A DNA stretch of 59,641 nucleotides from Dehalococcoidia bacterium (GTDB lineage: Bacteria; Chloroflexota; Dehalococcoidia; UBA2979), in contig JALOAM010000001.1 of NCBI GenBank assembly GCA_023228765.1, positions 1 to 59,641 on the forward strand, given 5' to 3'. The notes beneath the pieces were generated by a model, which saw nothing but the letters and a program-made list of their open reading frames with translations, was not told the DNA's origin and did no database searches. Within the stretch, counting starts at the first letter, position 1. Every line of letters begins with the position of its first letter. Below are positions 27,741 through 37,552 of this stretch, piece by piece. The translations under genes and the position numbers were made by a program.

Positions 27741-29171
27741 CTACCCCACCTTCGCGAGGGTGCGCTCGGCGGCGGGACGCCGCGCCGGGACCACGGGCTG
27801 CGCGGGCGACCACTGCGCCCGCACGACCGCCTCCGCGAGCGCGAGGTTGTCGCCCGGCACGGGAGCATCGCCCACCTGGTCCGACCTCGTCGTAAACGCC
27901 ACCCCGAGGGCAGCCTCGATCAGGACGCTCGCCAGGTGGCCGAAGTGCGCCGTCTCGTCGCAGCGCGTCACGACCGCGCCATCGAGGCCGACCGCGCTGA
28001 ACGCGGAGACCACCTCGGCGAGGTCGGAGCCTTTGGTCGTGGCGGGGATGGTCAGCAGCACCAGGCGCTGGCGGGCGACATGGAGGAAGGAGGTGAGCTC
28101 CGCCATCCGGTCGCGTCGCAGGCCGTTCTGGCCGGGGGTGTCCACGATCACGAGATCCACACCCGGCTCCTGGAGGATCGCCTCCAGCTCATCCGGCGCG
28201 TAGCAGAGCCGGACGTCAAGGCCGGTCACGGCGCCGAACGCCACCAGCTGCTGGGGCGCCCCAGCGCGGTTCACATCCGTGCCTGCGATGACCACGTTGA
28301 GTCCCTGCCGCTGGAGGTCCAGCGCCATCCGCACGGCCATCGTGGTCTTGCCGGCGCCACCGGGCCCCACGAGGAACATCGCACGCTGGCGTCGGCCCAC
28401 CACGCTGGCGACGGGCGGGAGCTTGGCCGCCAGGCGGCGCTCCACCATGGCGGCGAGCGTCTCCTCGTCAGTGGCGGCGCCCGCGTCCACCTCGCCCAGG
28501 AGGTTCGCCGCGAGGGCGGGCGTCATGCCGTGACGCAGCAGCCGCTCGCGTACTCCGCGGAGGGCGGTCGAGCCGCCCTCGATGCGCTGGTCGAGACGCT
28601 CGGAGACGAGCTGCTCCAGCAGCACACGCATCTGGTCGAGCTGGCGGCTCCACGTCTCGTTGCCCTCGGCGGACGGGAGCATGGAGGGCATCGCCGTCGG
28701 GACGGGGAGTGGGGTCGGCGCGGCCGGCTGTTCTGCTCGCTTCGCGGCAGCGCGCTTCGGTGCGGGCTTCTCCACCTCCTGCGGCGCGCGCTTCTCCGTC
28801 ACGCGCTTCTCGGTGGCGCGCTTGCGCGAGGGCCGCACGGGCACCGGGACATCGTCCACGGGCGCGACCGCCTGGAAGCCGGCGAAGGGGCCCGCTGCGA
28901 GCGGTGCCGCGGCGGTCGCCTCGGCGACGGCGCGTACGAGGTCGTGTGCGGCCTCGTCCTGCTCCAGCGTCGCGCGCGATGCTCGGACGTCGGGGGCCTC
29001 CTGCGGGACCCGCGCGACGACCTCGACGAACTCGCGGCCCGGCTGGCCGAAGAGTCCCGGCGCGAACGCCTTGCGGGTCGAGAGGATGACGGCGGCATCG
29101 CCCAGGTCACGTCGGACCTGGTCGTACGCCTCCGCCATCGTCGGTGCCTGGAACCGCTTAGGCTGCTGCAT
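27741..29171 (-). CDS. flhF: flagellar biosynthesis SRP-type GTPase FlhF
   Basis: N-terminal FQAPTMAEAYDQVRRDLGDAAVIL. G-domain motifs LVGPGGAGKTT, DTPGQN, TRCDET. Lys/Arg-rich B-domain. Confidence 0.88.
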   Translation of the reverse strand: MQQPKRFQAPTMAEAYDQVRRDLGDAAVILSTRKAFAPGLFGQPGREFVEVVARVPQEAPDVRASRATLEQDEAAHDLVRAVAEATAAAPLAAGPFAGFQAVAPVDDVPVPVRPSRKRATEKRVTEKRAPQEVEKPAPKRAAAKRAEQPAAPTPLPVPTAMPSMLPSAEGNETWSRQLDQMRVLLEQLVSERLDQRIEGGSTALRGVRERLLRHGMTPALAANLLGEVDAGAATDEETLAAMVERRLAAKLPPVASVVGRRQRAMFLVGPGGAGKTTMAVRMALDLQRQGLNVVIAGTDVNRAGAPQQLVAFGAVTGLDVRLCYAPDELEAILQEPGVDLVIVDTPGQNGLRRDRMAELTSFLHVARQRLVLLTIPATTKGSDLAEVVSAFSAVGLDGAVVTRCDETAHFGHLASVLIEAALGVAFTTRSDQVGDAPVPGDNLALAEAVVRAQWSPAQPVVPARRPAAERTLAKVG

Positions 29172-31269
29172 GTTCCACCTCCACCTGTCCCACCGCGTCC
29201 ACCTCCACCTCGCGCGCCACCTCGGCGAACGACATGACGGCCAGCGTGGGGAGCGAGCGCTCCAGCAACCGGCGGAGCGGCCGCCGGATCCGGGTCGATG
29301 TGAGCAGGACCGGCTGTGTCCCCGTGGCGGCGGCGTGTTCCATCTGCGCCGCTACCCGGTTCATCAACCGCTGCATCAGGTCCGGCGACACCACGAGGGC
29401 GACGCCGGCGTCGGTCTGGGTCAGTGACTGCGCCAGGGTCTGCTCCAGGCGCGGGTTCATCGTGATCGCGTGCAGGCGGTTGTCGGAGGCCCGGTGCTGC
29501 ATCGTGATCTGGCGCGCCAGCGCCTGCCGCACGCCCTCCGCGAGCGCCTCCACGTCCTTCGTCTGCCGCCCGAGGTCCGCGAGCGTCTCCGCGATGCTGA
29601 CCATGTCGCGGACAGAGACGCCCTCCGACAGCAGCAGCTGCAGGACGCCCTGCACCTCGCCGACCGTGAGGACGCCCGGCACGAGCTCCTCGACGACCGC
29701 GGGGTACTCCCGCTTCAGGTGGTCGAGCAGACCCTGCGTGTCCTGCCTCGAGAGGAGCTCCGGCGCGTGCCGCCGGATCAGCTCGCTGAGGTGGGTGATG
29801 AGGACGGAAGCCGGGTCGACGACCGTGTAGCCCATCAGCTCGGCCTGCTGCTTCGTGTGGGACGTGATCCAGCGCGCCGGGAGGCCGAACGCCGGCTCCA
29901 CGGTGGACTCGCCCTCGATGTCCCCGGTCGCGAGGCCGGAGTCCATGGCGAGGAACTGGTTCACGTAGAGGGTGCCGCCGCCGATCTCGATGCCACGGAG
30001 GCGCACCACGTACTGGTTCGCGCCGAGCGAGAGGTTGTCGCGGATGCGGATCATCGGCACGACGATGCCCATCTCCATGGCGGTCTGACGCCGCATGATC
30101 GTGATCCGGTTGAGCAGGCTCCCGCCACGTTCGTCGTCCACCAGGGGGATGAGGCCGTACCCGACCTCCACCTCCAGGGGATCGACGCGGAGGACGGACA
30201 CCACCGAGTCGACGCTCTGCGACTCCTCGGCCTGTTCCGCCTCTTTCGCCTCGGCATCCTCGACCAGCTGCGTCTTCTGACGCTGCCGGACCAGGAACCC
30301 CGCCCCGGCCATCATGGCCGCGATGAGGAGGAACGGGGATCGGGGAAGTCCCGGAGTGAGGCCGAATCCACCCAGTACGGCGGCCACGATGAAGAGCACC
30401 CGGGGGTTGCTGAACAGCTGCGAGCCGATGTTCAGGCCCAGCTCCGTGTCCGAGGACGCCGCGCGGGTCACGATGATGCCCGTGGCCGTGGAGATCAGGA
30501 GCGCCGGGATCTGCGACACGAGGCCGTCGCCCACGGCCAGGATGGAGAACGCATTGACCGCCTCGCCGGGCGACATCCCCATCTGCATGATGCCGATGGT
30601 CATACCGCCGATGAGGTTGATCGCCGTGATGATCAGGCCGGCGATCGCGTCGCCCTTCACGAACTTGGAGGCGCCGTCCATCGCGCCGTAGAAGTCCGCC
30701 TCCGAGGAGATGCGACGGCGGCGATCCTTCGCCTCGGTCTCCGTGATGAGGCCGGCGTTGAGGTCCGCGTCGATCGACATCTGCTTGCCGGGCATCGCAT
30801 CCAGGGTGAAGCGCGCGGCCACCTCCGCGACGCGCCCCGCGCCGTTGGTGATCACCACGAACTGCACGACCAGCAGGATGAGGAACACGACGATACCGAC
30901 GACGAGCGATCCGCCGATGACGAAGTGTCCGAAGGCGTCCACCACGGCTCCCGCATCGCCGTGGAGCAGGACCAGCCGCGTCGTCGCGATGTTGATGCCC
31001 AGGCGGAACAGCGTGGTCAGCAGCAGCAGCGAGGGGAACACGCTGAACGAAAGCGCGTCCTGCGTGTACATCGAGATCAGCAGGATCGTGATCGCGATCG
31101 CGATGTTCGTGACGATCAGCATGCTGAGCAGCACCGGCGGCAGCGGCACCACCATCAGCGCGATGATCATCATCACGGTGACGGCCATCGCCACGTCAGA
31201 GTTCTTCGTCAGGATGTCCAGCATCCCCGTCCGACGACCACCGACAGAGGACATCACGGAAGCAGCCAT
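29158..31269 (-). CDS. flhA: flagellar type III export apparatus protein FlhA
   Basis: 703 aa with the FHIPEP signature region (FPSLLLLTTLFRLGINIATTRLVL, GAMDGASKFVKGDAIAG). GAGGAGA RBS before the ATG at 31269. Confidence 0.95.
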   Translation of the reverse strand: MAASVMSSVGGRRTGMLDILTKNSDVAMAVTVMMIIALMVVPLPPVLLSMLIVTNIAIAITILLISMYTQDALSFSVFPSLLLLTTLFRLGINIATTRLVLLHGDAGAVVDAFGHFVIGGSLVVGIVVFLILLVVQFVVITNGAGRVAEVAARFTLDAMPGKQMSIDADLNAGLITETEAKDRRRRISSEADFYGAMDGASKFVKGDAIAGLIITAINLIGGMTIGIMQMGMSPGEAVNAFSILAVGDGLVSQIPALLISTATGIIVTRAASSDTELGLNIGSQLFSNPRVLFIVAAVLGGFGLTPGLPRSPFLLIAAMMAGAGFLVRQRQKTQLVEDAEAKEAEQAEESQSVDSVVSVLRVDPLEVEVGYGLIPLVDDERGGSLLNRITIMRRQTAMEMGIVVPMIRIRDNLSLGANQYVVRLRGIEIGGGTLYVNQFLAMDSGLATGDIEGESTVEPAFGLPARWITSHTKQQAELMGYTVVDPASVLITHLSELIRRHAPELLSRQDTQGLLDHLKREYPAVVEELVPGVLTVGEVQGVLQLLLSEGVSVRDMVSIAETLADLGRQTKDVEALAEGVRQALARQITMQHRASDNRLHAITMNPRLEQTLAQSLTQTDAGVALVVSPDLMQRLMNRVAAQMEHAAATGTQPVLLTSTRIRRPLRRLLERSLPTLAVMSFAEVAREVEVDAVGQVEVEHAAA

Positions 31270-31303
31270 GCGCTCGCTCTCCTCGTGCTCTCGTTACGCC
31301 GCA

Positions 31304-32383
31304 TCACGCCGTCGCCCGCAGCCGCACACCGCTGGTGCGCAGCCGGTAGACGAACGCGAGGATCTCCGCGACGGCCTCGTAGAGGTCGATCGGGATCTCC
31401 TGGCCGATGCGCGTGGCCTTGTAGATGGCGCGGCACAGCGGCGGGTTCTGGATGACGGGGATGCCGTGTTCCTCGGCGACCTCGCGCATCTTGAGCGCGA
31501 CGAGGTTGATGCCCTTCGCGAGGACGACCGGGGCGTTCGAAGAAGCCGGGTCGTACTTCAGGGCGACCGCGTAGTGGGTGGGGTTCACCAGCACCACGTC
31601 CGCCTTCGGCACGGACTCCATGATCCTGGACATGAGCTTGCGGCGCTGGCGGTTGATCGCGCCCTTCATCTGCGGGTCGCCCTCGGTCTGGCGGTGCTCG
31701 TCGATGACCTCCTGGCGGCTCATCCGCAACTGGCGGACGTGGTCCGCGCGCTGGAAGACGTAGTCCGCCACCGCCAGCACGAGCACCGCGAGGGCCATGC
31801 GCGTCACGAGGTCGAACGAGACGTTCACGAGGATCGCGAGGGAGTCCGCGAGGCCGGCCTGGAACCCCATCGTCGTGATGTCGTCCCAGTGCGAGATGAA
31901 GACGAGGTACCCGACCAGCCCGAGGACGACGAACTTGATCACGGACTTCAGCAGGTTCACCCACGCCTGCCGCGAGGCGATCAGGCGCTTCGTCCCCTGC
32001 ATCGGGTTCATGCGGCTGAACTGCGGCTTCACCGCCTCGCGCGAGAACAGCGGGCCCCCGGTCTGCGCCATCCCGCCAAGGACCGAGAGCACCATCACCG
32101 CGCCCATCAGCGGGGCGAGCAGCATCACCGAGCGCCACATGAGGTCGAGGCCCACCGACGCGGTGAGGTCGATCGTGAGCGGGTTCCGCTCCAGGTGCGC
32201 CCAGCTGTCGATGGTGAGCGCCTCCAGGTTGCGCCACATGTACTCGCCGCCGAACCGGAACACGCCGATCACGGCGAGCAGCACGATCGCGGAGTCCACC
32301 TCGCGCGAGTGGGCCACCTGGCCCTTCTTGCGCGCGTCCTCCTGCCGGCGTGGGGTGGGCGCCTCGGTCTTCTCGCCTGACAT
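31304..32383 (-). CDS. flhB: flagellar export switch protein FlhB
   Basis: MSGEKTEAPTPRRQEDARKKGQVAHSREV and the NPTH autocleavage site (VLVNPTHYAVAL). The real CDS is the C-terminal 359 aa of ORF 31304-33406. Confidence 0.93.
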   Translation of the reverse strand: MSGEKTEAPTPRRQEDARKKGQVAHSREVDSAIVLLAVIGVFRFGGEYMWRNLEALTIDSWAHLERNPLTIDLTASVGLDLMWRSVMLLAPLMGAVMVLSVLGGMAQTGGPLFSREAVKPQFSRMNPMQGTKRLIASRQAWVNLLKSVIKFVVLGLVGYLVFISHWDDITTMGFQAGLADSLAILVNVSFDLVTRMALAVLVLAVADYVFQRADHVRQLRMSRQEVIDEHRQTEGDPQMKGAINRQRRKLMSRIMESVPKADVVLVNPTHYAVALKYDPASSNAPVVLAKGINLVALKMREVAEEHGIPVIQNPPLCRAIYKATRIGQEIPIDLYEAVAEILAFVYRLRTSGVRLRATA

Positions 32384-33177
32384 CAGCGCACCACCAGTGC
32401 GTTCACGTCGACAAGTGCGCGGCCCATGGTGGCGCCGAGGAAGGAGACCATCATCGGCATCGACGCGCCGAGGACGAGCAGACCGACGCCGATCTTCACG
32501 GGGAAGCCGACGACGAGGGCGTTCATCTGCGGCACCGCGCGGTTCGCGACCGCCATCGCGAAGTCCGCGAGGATCACCGCGCCGAACACCGGCAGCGCGA
32601 TCTGCACGGCGGAGACGATCATCGTGCCGAAGAACGGGATCACGCGGTCGCCCGCCACCACGCCCAGCGTCGCCTCGCCCGGCGGGATGGCGTCGAAGGT
32701 GCGGAGGAAGCCCATGATCACGAGGTAGTGGCCGTTGATGGCGAAGAAGACCAGGGTGATCACCACCCGGTAGAACTGCTCCATCGTGCCGCTCATCGCC
32801 CCGGTCATCGGATCGAAGATCTGGCCGATGTTGAAGCCGATCTGCACGCTCACCAGCGAGGCCGCCATCTCCAGCCCCTGGAACACGAGCATCACTCCGA
32901 GTCCGATCGCGATGCCGAGGATCACCTCCGTCCCGAGGGCGGATGCGAACGCGAACAGGTCGGTCGGGGAGCCCTCGATCGTGCGGTCGCCGACGGTCTG
33001 CGAGGACAGCGGGAGCACGATAAGCGAGAGGATGATCGCGAAGCCGACCTTGGTGTGGATCGGCACGCCGCGCGCCCCGAACAGCGGCGCGGCGACGATC
33101 GCCGCGGTGAGGCGGCCCATCACCAGCAGGAAGTACGCCGACCACTCCGGCGAGACGGCGAACACCTCGGACAGCAC
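32383..33177 (-). CDS. fliR: flagellar export apparatus protein FliR
   Basis: 264-aa polytopic membrane protein. Stop overlaps the flhB start (ATGA). Conserved order fliP-fliQ-fliR-flhB. Confidence 0.9.
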   Translation of the reverse strand: MLSEVFAVSPEWSAYFLLVMGRLTAAIVAAPLFGARGVPIHTKVGFAIILSLIVLPLSSQTVGDRTIEGSPTDLFAFASALGTEVILGIAIGLGVMLVFQGLEMAASLVSVQIGFNIGQIFDPMTGAMSGTMEQFYRVVITLVFFAINGHYLVIMGFLRTFDAIPPGEATLGVVAGDRVIPFFGTMIVSAVQIALPVFGAVILADFAMAVANRAVPQMNALVVGFPVKIGVGLLVLGASMPMMVSFLGATMGRALVDVNALVVR

Positions 33178-33447
33178 TTAGCGCGCCAGCTCCGGCAGCG
33201 ACTCCAGGAGCCGCGAGGTGTAGTTCACCATCGTGCCGATCATCCACGGCCCCACCACGGCGCAGACCGCGAAGACGCCGAGGATCTTCGGCACGAAGGT
33301 CATCGTGACCTCGTTGATCTGGGTCATCGCCTGGAACACGGAGACGACCATGCCGATCACCAGCGACACCACGAGGATCGGTGCGGAGACCAGCAACGTG
33401 GTCCACAACGCGTCCTGCGCGAGGGTGATCACCTGTGCGTCATTCAT
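33178..33447 (-). CDS. fliQ: flagellar export apparatus protein FliQ
   Basis: 89 aa with two TM helices. Typical FliQ N-terminus (...LAQDALWTTLLVSAPILVVSLVIGMVVSVFQAMTQINE). Confidence 0.92.
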   Translation of the reverse strand: MNDAQVITLAQDALWTTLLVSAPILVVSLVIGMVVSVFQAMTQINEVTMTFVPKILGVFAVCAVVGPWMIGTMVNYTSRLLESLPELAR

Positions 33448-33504
33448 GGCATGTCCAGTTCGGCTCGCCCGGTTTCCGGGTGAACCCCTATGCGGAAGCG
33501 ATGG

Positions 33505-34299
33505 TCAGAGGACGAACGATCTAACGAGCGAACCGATGATCAGGCTCCACCCGTCCACCAGGACGAAGAGCAGGATCTTGAACGGCAGAGACACCACCAC
33601 CGGCGGCAGCATCATCATGCCCATCGAGAGCAGCGCCGAAGACACGACGATGTCGATGATCAGGAACGGGATGAAGATCACGAACCCCATGAGGAACGCG
33701 GTCTTCAACTCGCTCACGATGAAGCCCGGGATCATCACGTAGGTCGGGACCTCGTCCACGTTCGCCGGACGCGCGTCCTGTGACAGCCCCACGAACAGCT
33801 CGAGGTCTGACTCCCGCGTCTGTGCCAGCATGAACGTGCGCAGCGGGCCCTCGGCGCGGTCGAACGCCTCGGACTGGCCGATCTCGCCGTTGAGGTAGGG
33901 CTGCAGCGCCTGGTCGTTCACGGTGGTCCACACCGGCGCCATCACGAACACGGTGAGCAGGAACCCGATGCCGATGAGCACCTGGTTCGGCGGCAGCTGT
34001 GGCACGCCGATCGCGTTCCGGACGAGCGACAGCACGATCACGATCCGGGTGAACGAGGTCACCATGATCAGCAGCGCCGGCGCGAGCGAGAGCGTGGTGA
34101 GCAGCAACAACAGCTGCACGCCAGTCGCCCGTCCGGAGGGGTCGTCCACCGACTCCGGCCCGAGGCCCGGCGCGGTCACGCTGCCGTCTGCCGCGACGCA
34201 CCCGCTCGACAGCGCGAGCAGCACCGTCAGCCCGAGCACGAGCCCGACTGAGCGGCGCGTCACGCGCACGCGGCGGAACGGGAGACCTCCCAGGGTCAC
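33505..34299 (-). CDS. fliP: flagellar export apparatus protein FliP
   Basis: TSFTRIVIVLSLVRNAIGVPQLPPNQVLIGIGFLLTVFVMAP and ELKTAFLMGFVIFIPFLIIDIVVSSALLSMGMMMLPP are FliP signatures. Confidence 0.93.
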   Translation of the reverse strand: MTLGGLPFRRVRVTRRSVGLVLGLTVLLALSSGCVAADGSVTAPGLGPESVDDPSGRATGVQLLLLLTTLSLAPALLIMVTSFTRIVIVLSLVRNAIGVPQLPPNQVLIGIGFLLTVFVMAPVWTTVNDQALQPYLNGEIGQSEAFDRAEGPLRTFMLAQTRESDLELFVGLSQDARPANVDEVPTYVMIPGFIVSELKTAFLMGFVIFIPFLIIDIVVSSALLSMGMMMLPPVVVSLPFKILLFVLVDGWSLIIGSLVRSFVL

Positions 34300-34302
34300 G
34301 CG

Positions 34303-35256
34303 CTAGCTCGCGTTCCGGCGGGCGGCCGCGATGGCGCGCTGCAGCTCGGCGATCTGCTCCTCGCGCGACGATGCCGAGGGAGCCGGCGGCGCCTGCCGCG
34401 CCTGCCCGTAAGACGCGCGCGCCCGAGGACCAGCGGCCGTCGAGCCGTTCGGCATCACCTCGACCGCGTCGATGCTGGCGAGCGTGCGGTCGAAGAGCGA
34501 CTCTCGCTCCTGCTCGGCCGTCGCGATGATCTCCTCGGAGGTGCGGGGAGCGGGATGTGTGCTGCGCGCGAGCATCCCCTTGAGCGCGCCGAAGCGAGGA
34601 GCCTCGGTGGCTTCCGCTGTCGCGACGCGCGAGCGTCGAGGGGCACGCCCCGGGCGAGCCTGGCGCCCGCCCTGCTGCTCCTTCAGCGCCTGACGGCGCT
34701 CGTTCATCTCGGACTGGCGGGCGCGCATCGCCACGAGGCCGGTGCGGAGCGATCCGAGCAACGACATCGCACCGAGGGCGACGCCACTGGCACGTGCCGG
34801 GGCGCGGACCTCGGGCTCCTCGGGCGAGGTGGTGAGGCGCTTGAACTCCTCGGGGTCGTCGACAGTGAGGAGCTGGGTGATGCGTTCCTGCGTCACCCCC
34901 ACCAGCACGGCGCGGTCGCCGAGGCGGACCAGGTGCAGCGTGCGGTTCGGGCCGAGCGCGTGCGTCTCGAGGACCTCGAGGGCGCGTGTGCTACCGCGCG
35001 ATCCTCCGTGGTTCATGCGCCGCACGTACCAGCGCATCGCGTGCACGGCGCCCCAGATCACGGCGACGACGAGGGCGAGACGGATGCCGAGGCTGAACCA
35101 GTCGCCGGCGCCGAAGGAGGTGACGCTGGAGCCCACCTCGTCGCCGGACTCGCCCGCCTCCTGCGCGGACGCAGTCGCGACCGTGGCGACGGCGAACAGT
35201 CCGCCGAGGAGCGTGGCTCCGACGAAACGGATGGAGGGACGATCGAGTCGCATCAC
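34303..35256 (-). CDS. fliO: FliO/FliZ-like flagellar protein with a long charged C-terminal extension
   Basis: Signal/TM, a second TM (LALVVAVIWGAVHAMRWY), then the FliO-type motif LEVLETHALGPNRTLHLVRLGDRAVLVGVTQERITQL. About 190 extra Ala/Arg/Glu-rich residues. Lies in the fliY-fliO-fliP position. Confidence 0.65.
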   Translation of the reverse strand: MMRLDRPSIRFVGATLLGGLFAVATVATASAQEAGESGDEVGSSVTSFGAGDWFSLGIRLALVVAVIWGAVHAMRWYVRRMNHGGSRGSTRALEVLETHALGPNRTLHLVRLGDRAVLVGVTQERITQLLTVDDPEEFKRLTTSPEEPEVRAPARASGVALGAMSLLGSLRTGLVAMRARQSEMNERRQALKEQQGGRQARPGRAPRRSRVATAEATEAPRFGALKGMLARSTHPAPRTSEEIIATAEQERESLFDRTLASIDAVEVMPNGSTAAGPRARASYGQARQAPPAPSASSREEQIAELQRAIAAARRNAS

Positions 35257-36353
35257 TACGCTCCCATCGCCTGCGCTCGGCGGCGCGGGGAGACGATCTC
35301 CGTGACGCGGACGCCGAAGTTCTCGTCCACGACCACGACCTCGCCGTGGGCGATGAGCTGGTCGTTCACCATCACATCCACCGGCTCGCCGGCGAGCTTG
35401 TTCAGCTCCACCACGCTGCCCGGACCCAGGCCCAGGACGTCCTCCACGGTGAGGGACGCCCGCCCGAGTTCCACGGTGACGCGCATGGACACGTCCATGA
35501 TCAGTTCGAGCGAGCGACGCTCGGAGGACATGTGCGCTGGCTCGCTCAACGGTGGGAAGCGCACCGGGTGCACCTCCACGTCGTCGCGCGCGCCGGCGCC
35601 GAACGTCCCCGCCGTGCGGAACGGCGACACGTTCCCGAGGTCCCCCCCAAGCTCCGAGGTCAGGTCGAACGGATCCGACGCGAACCCCGCAGCCGCCGGT
35701 GCGGCGCGAAGCGGCGTCGGGTCGGCCTCGACGTTCGCGGCATCGAGGCTGCGACCGATCGCGTCGAGGAAGGACTGCGGAAGGATCAGCACGAGGCGGG
35801 CGGGCTCGCCATCGGCAAGGCCGAGGCCGAGGTCGATGCGGATCACCGGGCTGCCGGCGGCCGCCTCCACGACGACGCCGACGGTGCTCGCGATGTCGCC
35901 GAGGCGCGCATCCGCCGGGACGGCCTCGATCCCCGCGAGCTGGTCCTGGAACAGCGTCATGCCGAGAAGGTCGAAGTACTCGCGGGTCGCGCCGGAGATG
36001 ACCTGGAGCTGCGCGTTCGCGAAGTCCGCGTCCGCCATCCGGTCCGCGCCAGCCTGGATGCCGAGCAGCCCACCGAGGTCCGGCAGCGGCACGATCACCG
36101 CGGAGGCGAACCGCTGGCCGGACGGCGACGTGAGCGCGACGTCGATCCCCACGTGCGGGACCACCTCGAACTCGGCCTGCAGGCCGCCAGCGTCGGCGAG
36201 GCCGAACGAGATGTCCGCGAGCGCGGGCCGCTCGGTCGTGAGGCTCTCGATGCCGGTGAGCATCTGCTCCCGGACGAGGCTCGCCACCCCGGCGAGGGCG
36301 TCCGCATGCCGTCCGAGGGCGTTCCGCATCAGTTCGTCCATGTCGTACCCCAT
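35256..36353 (-). CDS. fliY: flagellar C-ring protein, long FliN form (FliY-like)
   Basis: C-terminal SpoA/FliN domain (LIMDVSMRVTVELGRASLTVEDVLGLGPGSVVELNKLAGEPVDVMVNDQLIAHGEVVVVDENFGVRVTEI) preceded by a roughly 270-aa region. CheC-like phosphatase residues are not verifiable by eye. Start at 36353 (GGAG RBS) or 36386. Confidence 0.85.
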   Translation of the reverse strand: MGYDMDELMRNALGRHADALAGVASLVREQMLTGIESLTTERPALADISFGLADAGGLQAEFEVVPHVGIDVALTSPSGQRFASAVIVPLPDLGGLLGIQAGADRMADADFANAQLQVISGATREYFDLLGMTLFQDQLAGIEAVPADARLGDIASTVGVVVEAAAGSPVIRIDLGLGLADGEPARLVLILPQSFLDAIGRSLDAANVEADPTPLRAAPAAAGFASDPFDLTSELGGDLGNVSPFRTAGTFGAGARDDVEVHPVRFPPLSEPAHMSSERRSLELIMDVSMRVTVELGRASLTVEDVLGLGPGSVVELNKLAGEPVDVMVNDQLIAHGEVVVVDENFGVRVTEIVSPRRRAQAMGA

Positions 36354-36400
36354 CGACTCCGGCCGCCCGGCGGGCGGCCTGCGCACTCGAACGGTTCGGT

Positions 36401-37483
36401 CTAGCTAGCCTGCTGCTCCGGCTGTTCCGGTTGGCCGGCCTCGGGCTGCGGTTCCGCAGGGACGAGGTCGGCGACGGGAAGGCCAGCCGGGCGCTCCTCG
36501 ATGACGTCGGCGATCTGGACGCCCATGTGGCTCCCGACCACGCCGGGCAGCGCGAGGAAGCGCGTGCGCTCGCCGATGACGACGTGCAGCGGGCGCCCGA
36601 GCCGCGCGTCGAGGACGAACGTGTCGCCCTCCTGCAGTCCGGCCACCGTCCGCGCGGGCAGGTCCACTCCGCCGAGGACGACCGAGAGGTCCACGCGAGA
36701 ACGCCCGATGAGCGTCTCCATCGCGTGGCGTTCCTCGTCGCTGATCGCGTGACGGGTGTTGTTGGTCATCCAGAGCTGCGCGGACAGGCTCGGCGTCAGC
36801 GGCTCGATCACCTGGTAGGGGATGCAGAAGGACATCTGCCCGCGGTGGTTGCCGATGATCATCTCGAAGGCCGCGGTCAGCACGACATCGGTCGGCGCCG
36901 CCACCTGGATCAACGACGCGTCCAGCCCGACGTCCTGCAACGTCGGCTCCACCGGCCGGACCGTCGACCACATCTCCTGGAGCGCGAGGCTGAAGATCCG
37001 TGAGAAGGATCGGAGGAGGCCGACCTCCATCTCGCCCAGCTCACGGGTGCGGTCCACCAGCGCGCCGTTCCCGCCCAGCAGACGGTCGACGACCTCCGCG
37101 GCGATCTCGGTGTTGAACTCGACCACCATATTGCCGATGAGCGGCCGCATCCCCATGACGTAGCAGACGGTCGGGTTCGGGACCTGGACCTGCCACTCCT
37201 CGTACAGCCCTTGCTCCAGGCTGGAGAGACGGACGGACACCATGGTCCGCAGCCGCGAGGAGAACGAGGCGCCGAGCATCCTCGCGAAGTGCTCGTGGAT
37301 CGACTGAAGCGTCGCCCACTGCTCCTTCGAGAACTTGTCGGGACGCCGGAAGTCGTAGGACTTGATCGCGGTCAGCGCGGAACGGTCGTGGCGCGTACCC
37401 GTGTCTTCCTCCGACGCATCGCCGGGGAGGTCATTGAGGAGCGCATCGATTTCCCATTGGGAGAGGGCTCGCTGCTCGGCCAT
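36401..37483 (-). CDS. fliM: flagellar motor switch protein FliM
   Basis: N-terminal LSQWEIDALLN CheY-binding-type motif, middle domain, C-terminal SpoA-like domain. 360 aa. Confidence 0.92.
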   Translation of the reverse strand: MAEQRALSQWEIDALLNDLPGDASEEDTGTRHDRSALTAIKSYDFRRPDKFSKEQWATLQSIHEHFARMLGASFSSRLRTMVSVRLSSLEQGLYEEWQVQVPNPTVCYVMGMRPLIGNMVVEFNTEIAAEVVDRLLGGNGALVDRTRELGEMEVGLLRSFSRIFSLALQEMWSTVRPVEPTLQDVGLDASLIQVAAPTDVVLTAAFEMIIGNHRGQMSFCIPYQVIEPLTPSLSAQLWMTNNTRHAISDEERHAMETLIGRSRVDLSVVLGGVDLPARTVAGLQEGDTFVLDARLGRPLHVVIGERTRFLALPGVVGSHMGVQIADVIEERPAGLPVADLVPAEPQPEAGQPEQPEQQAS

Positions 37484-37552
37484 CGTTCTCGTCGTCTCGC
37501 TGATCTACTGGTGGGCTCTGGCTGGTTACCGATGTGGGCTGCTGGGCGTGGG

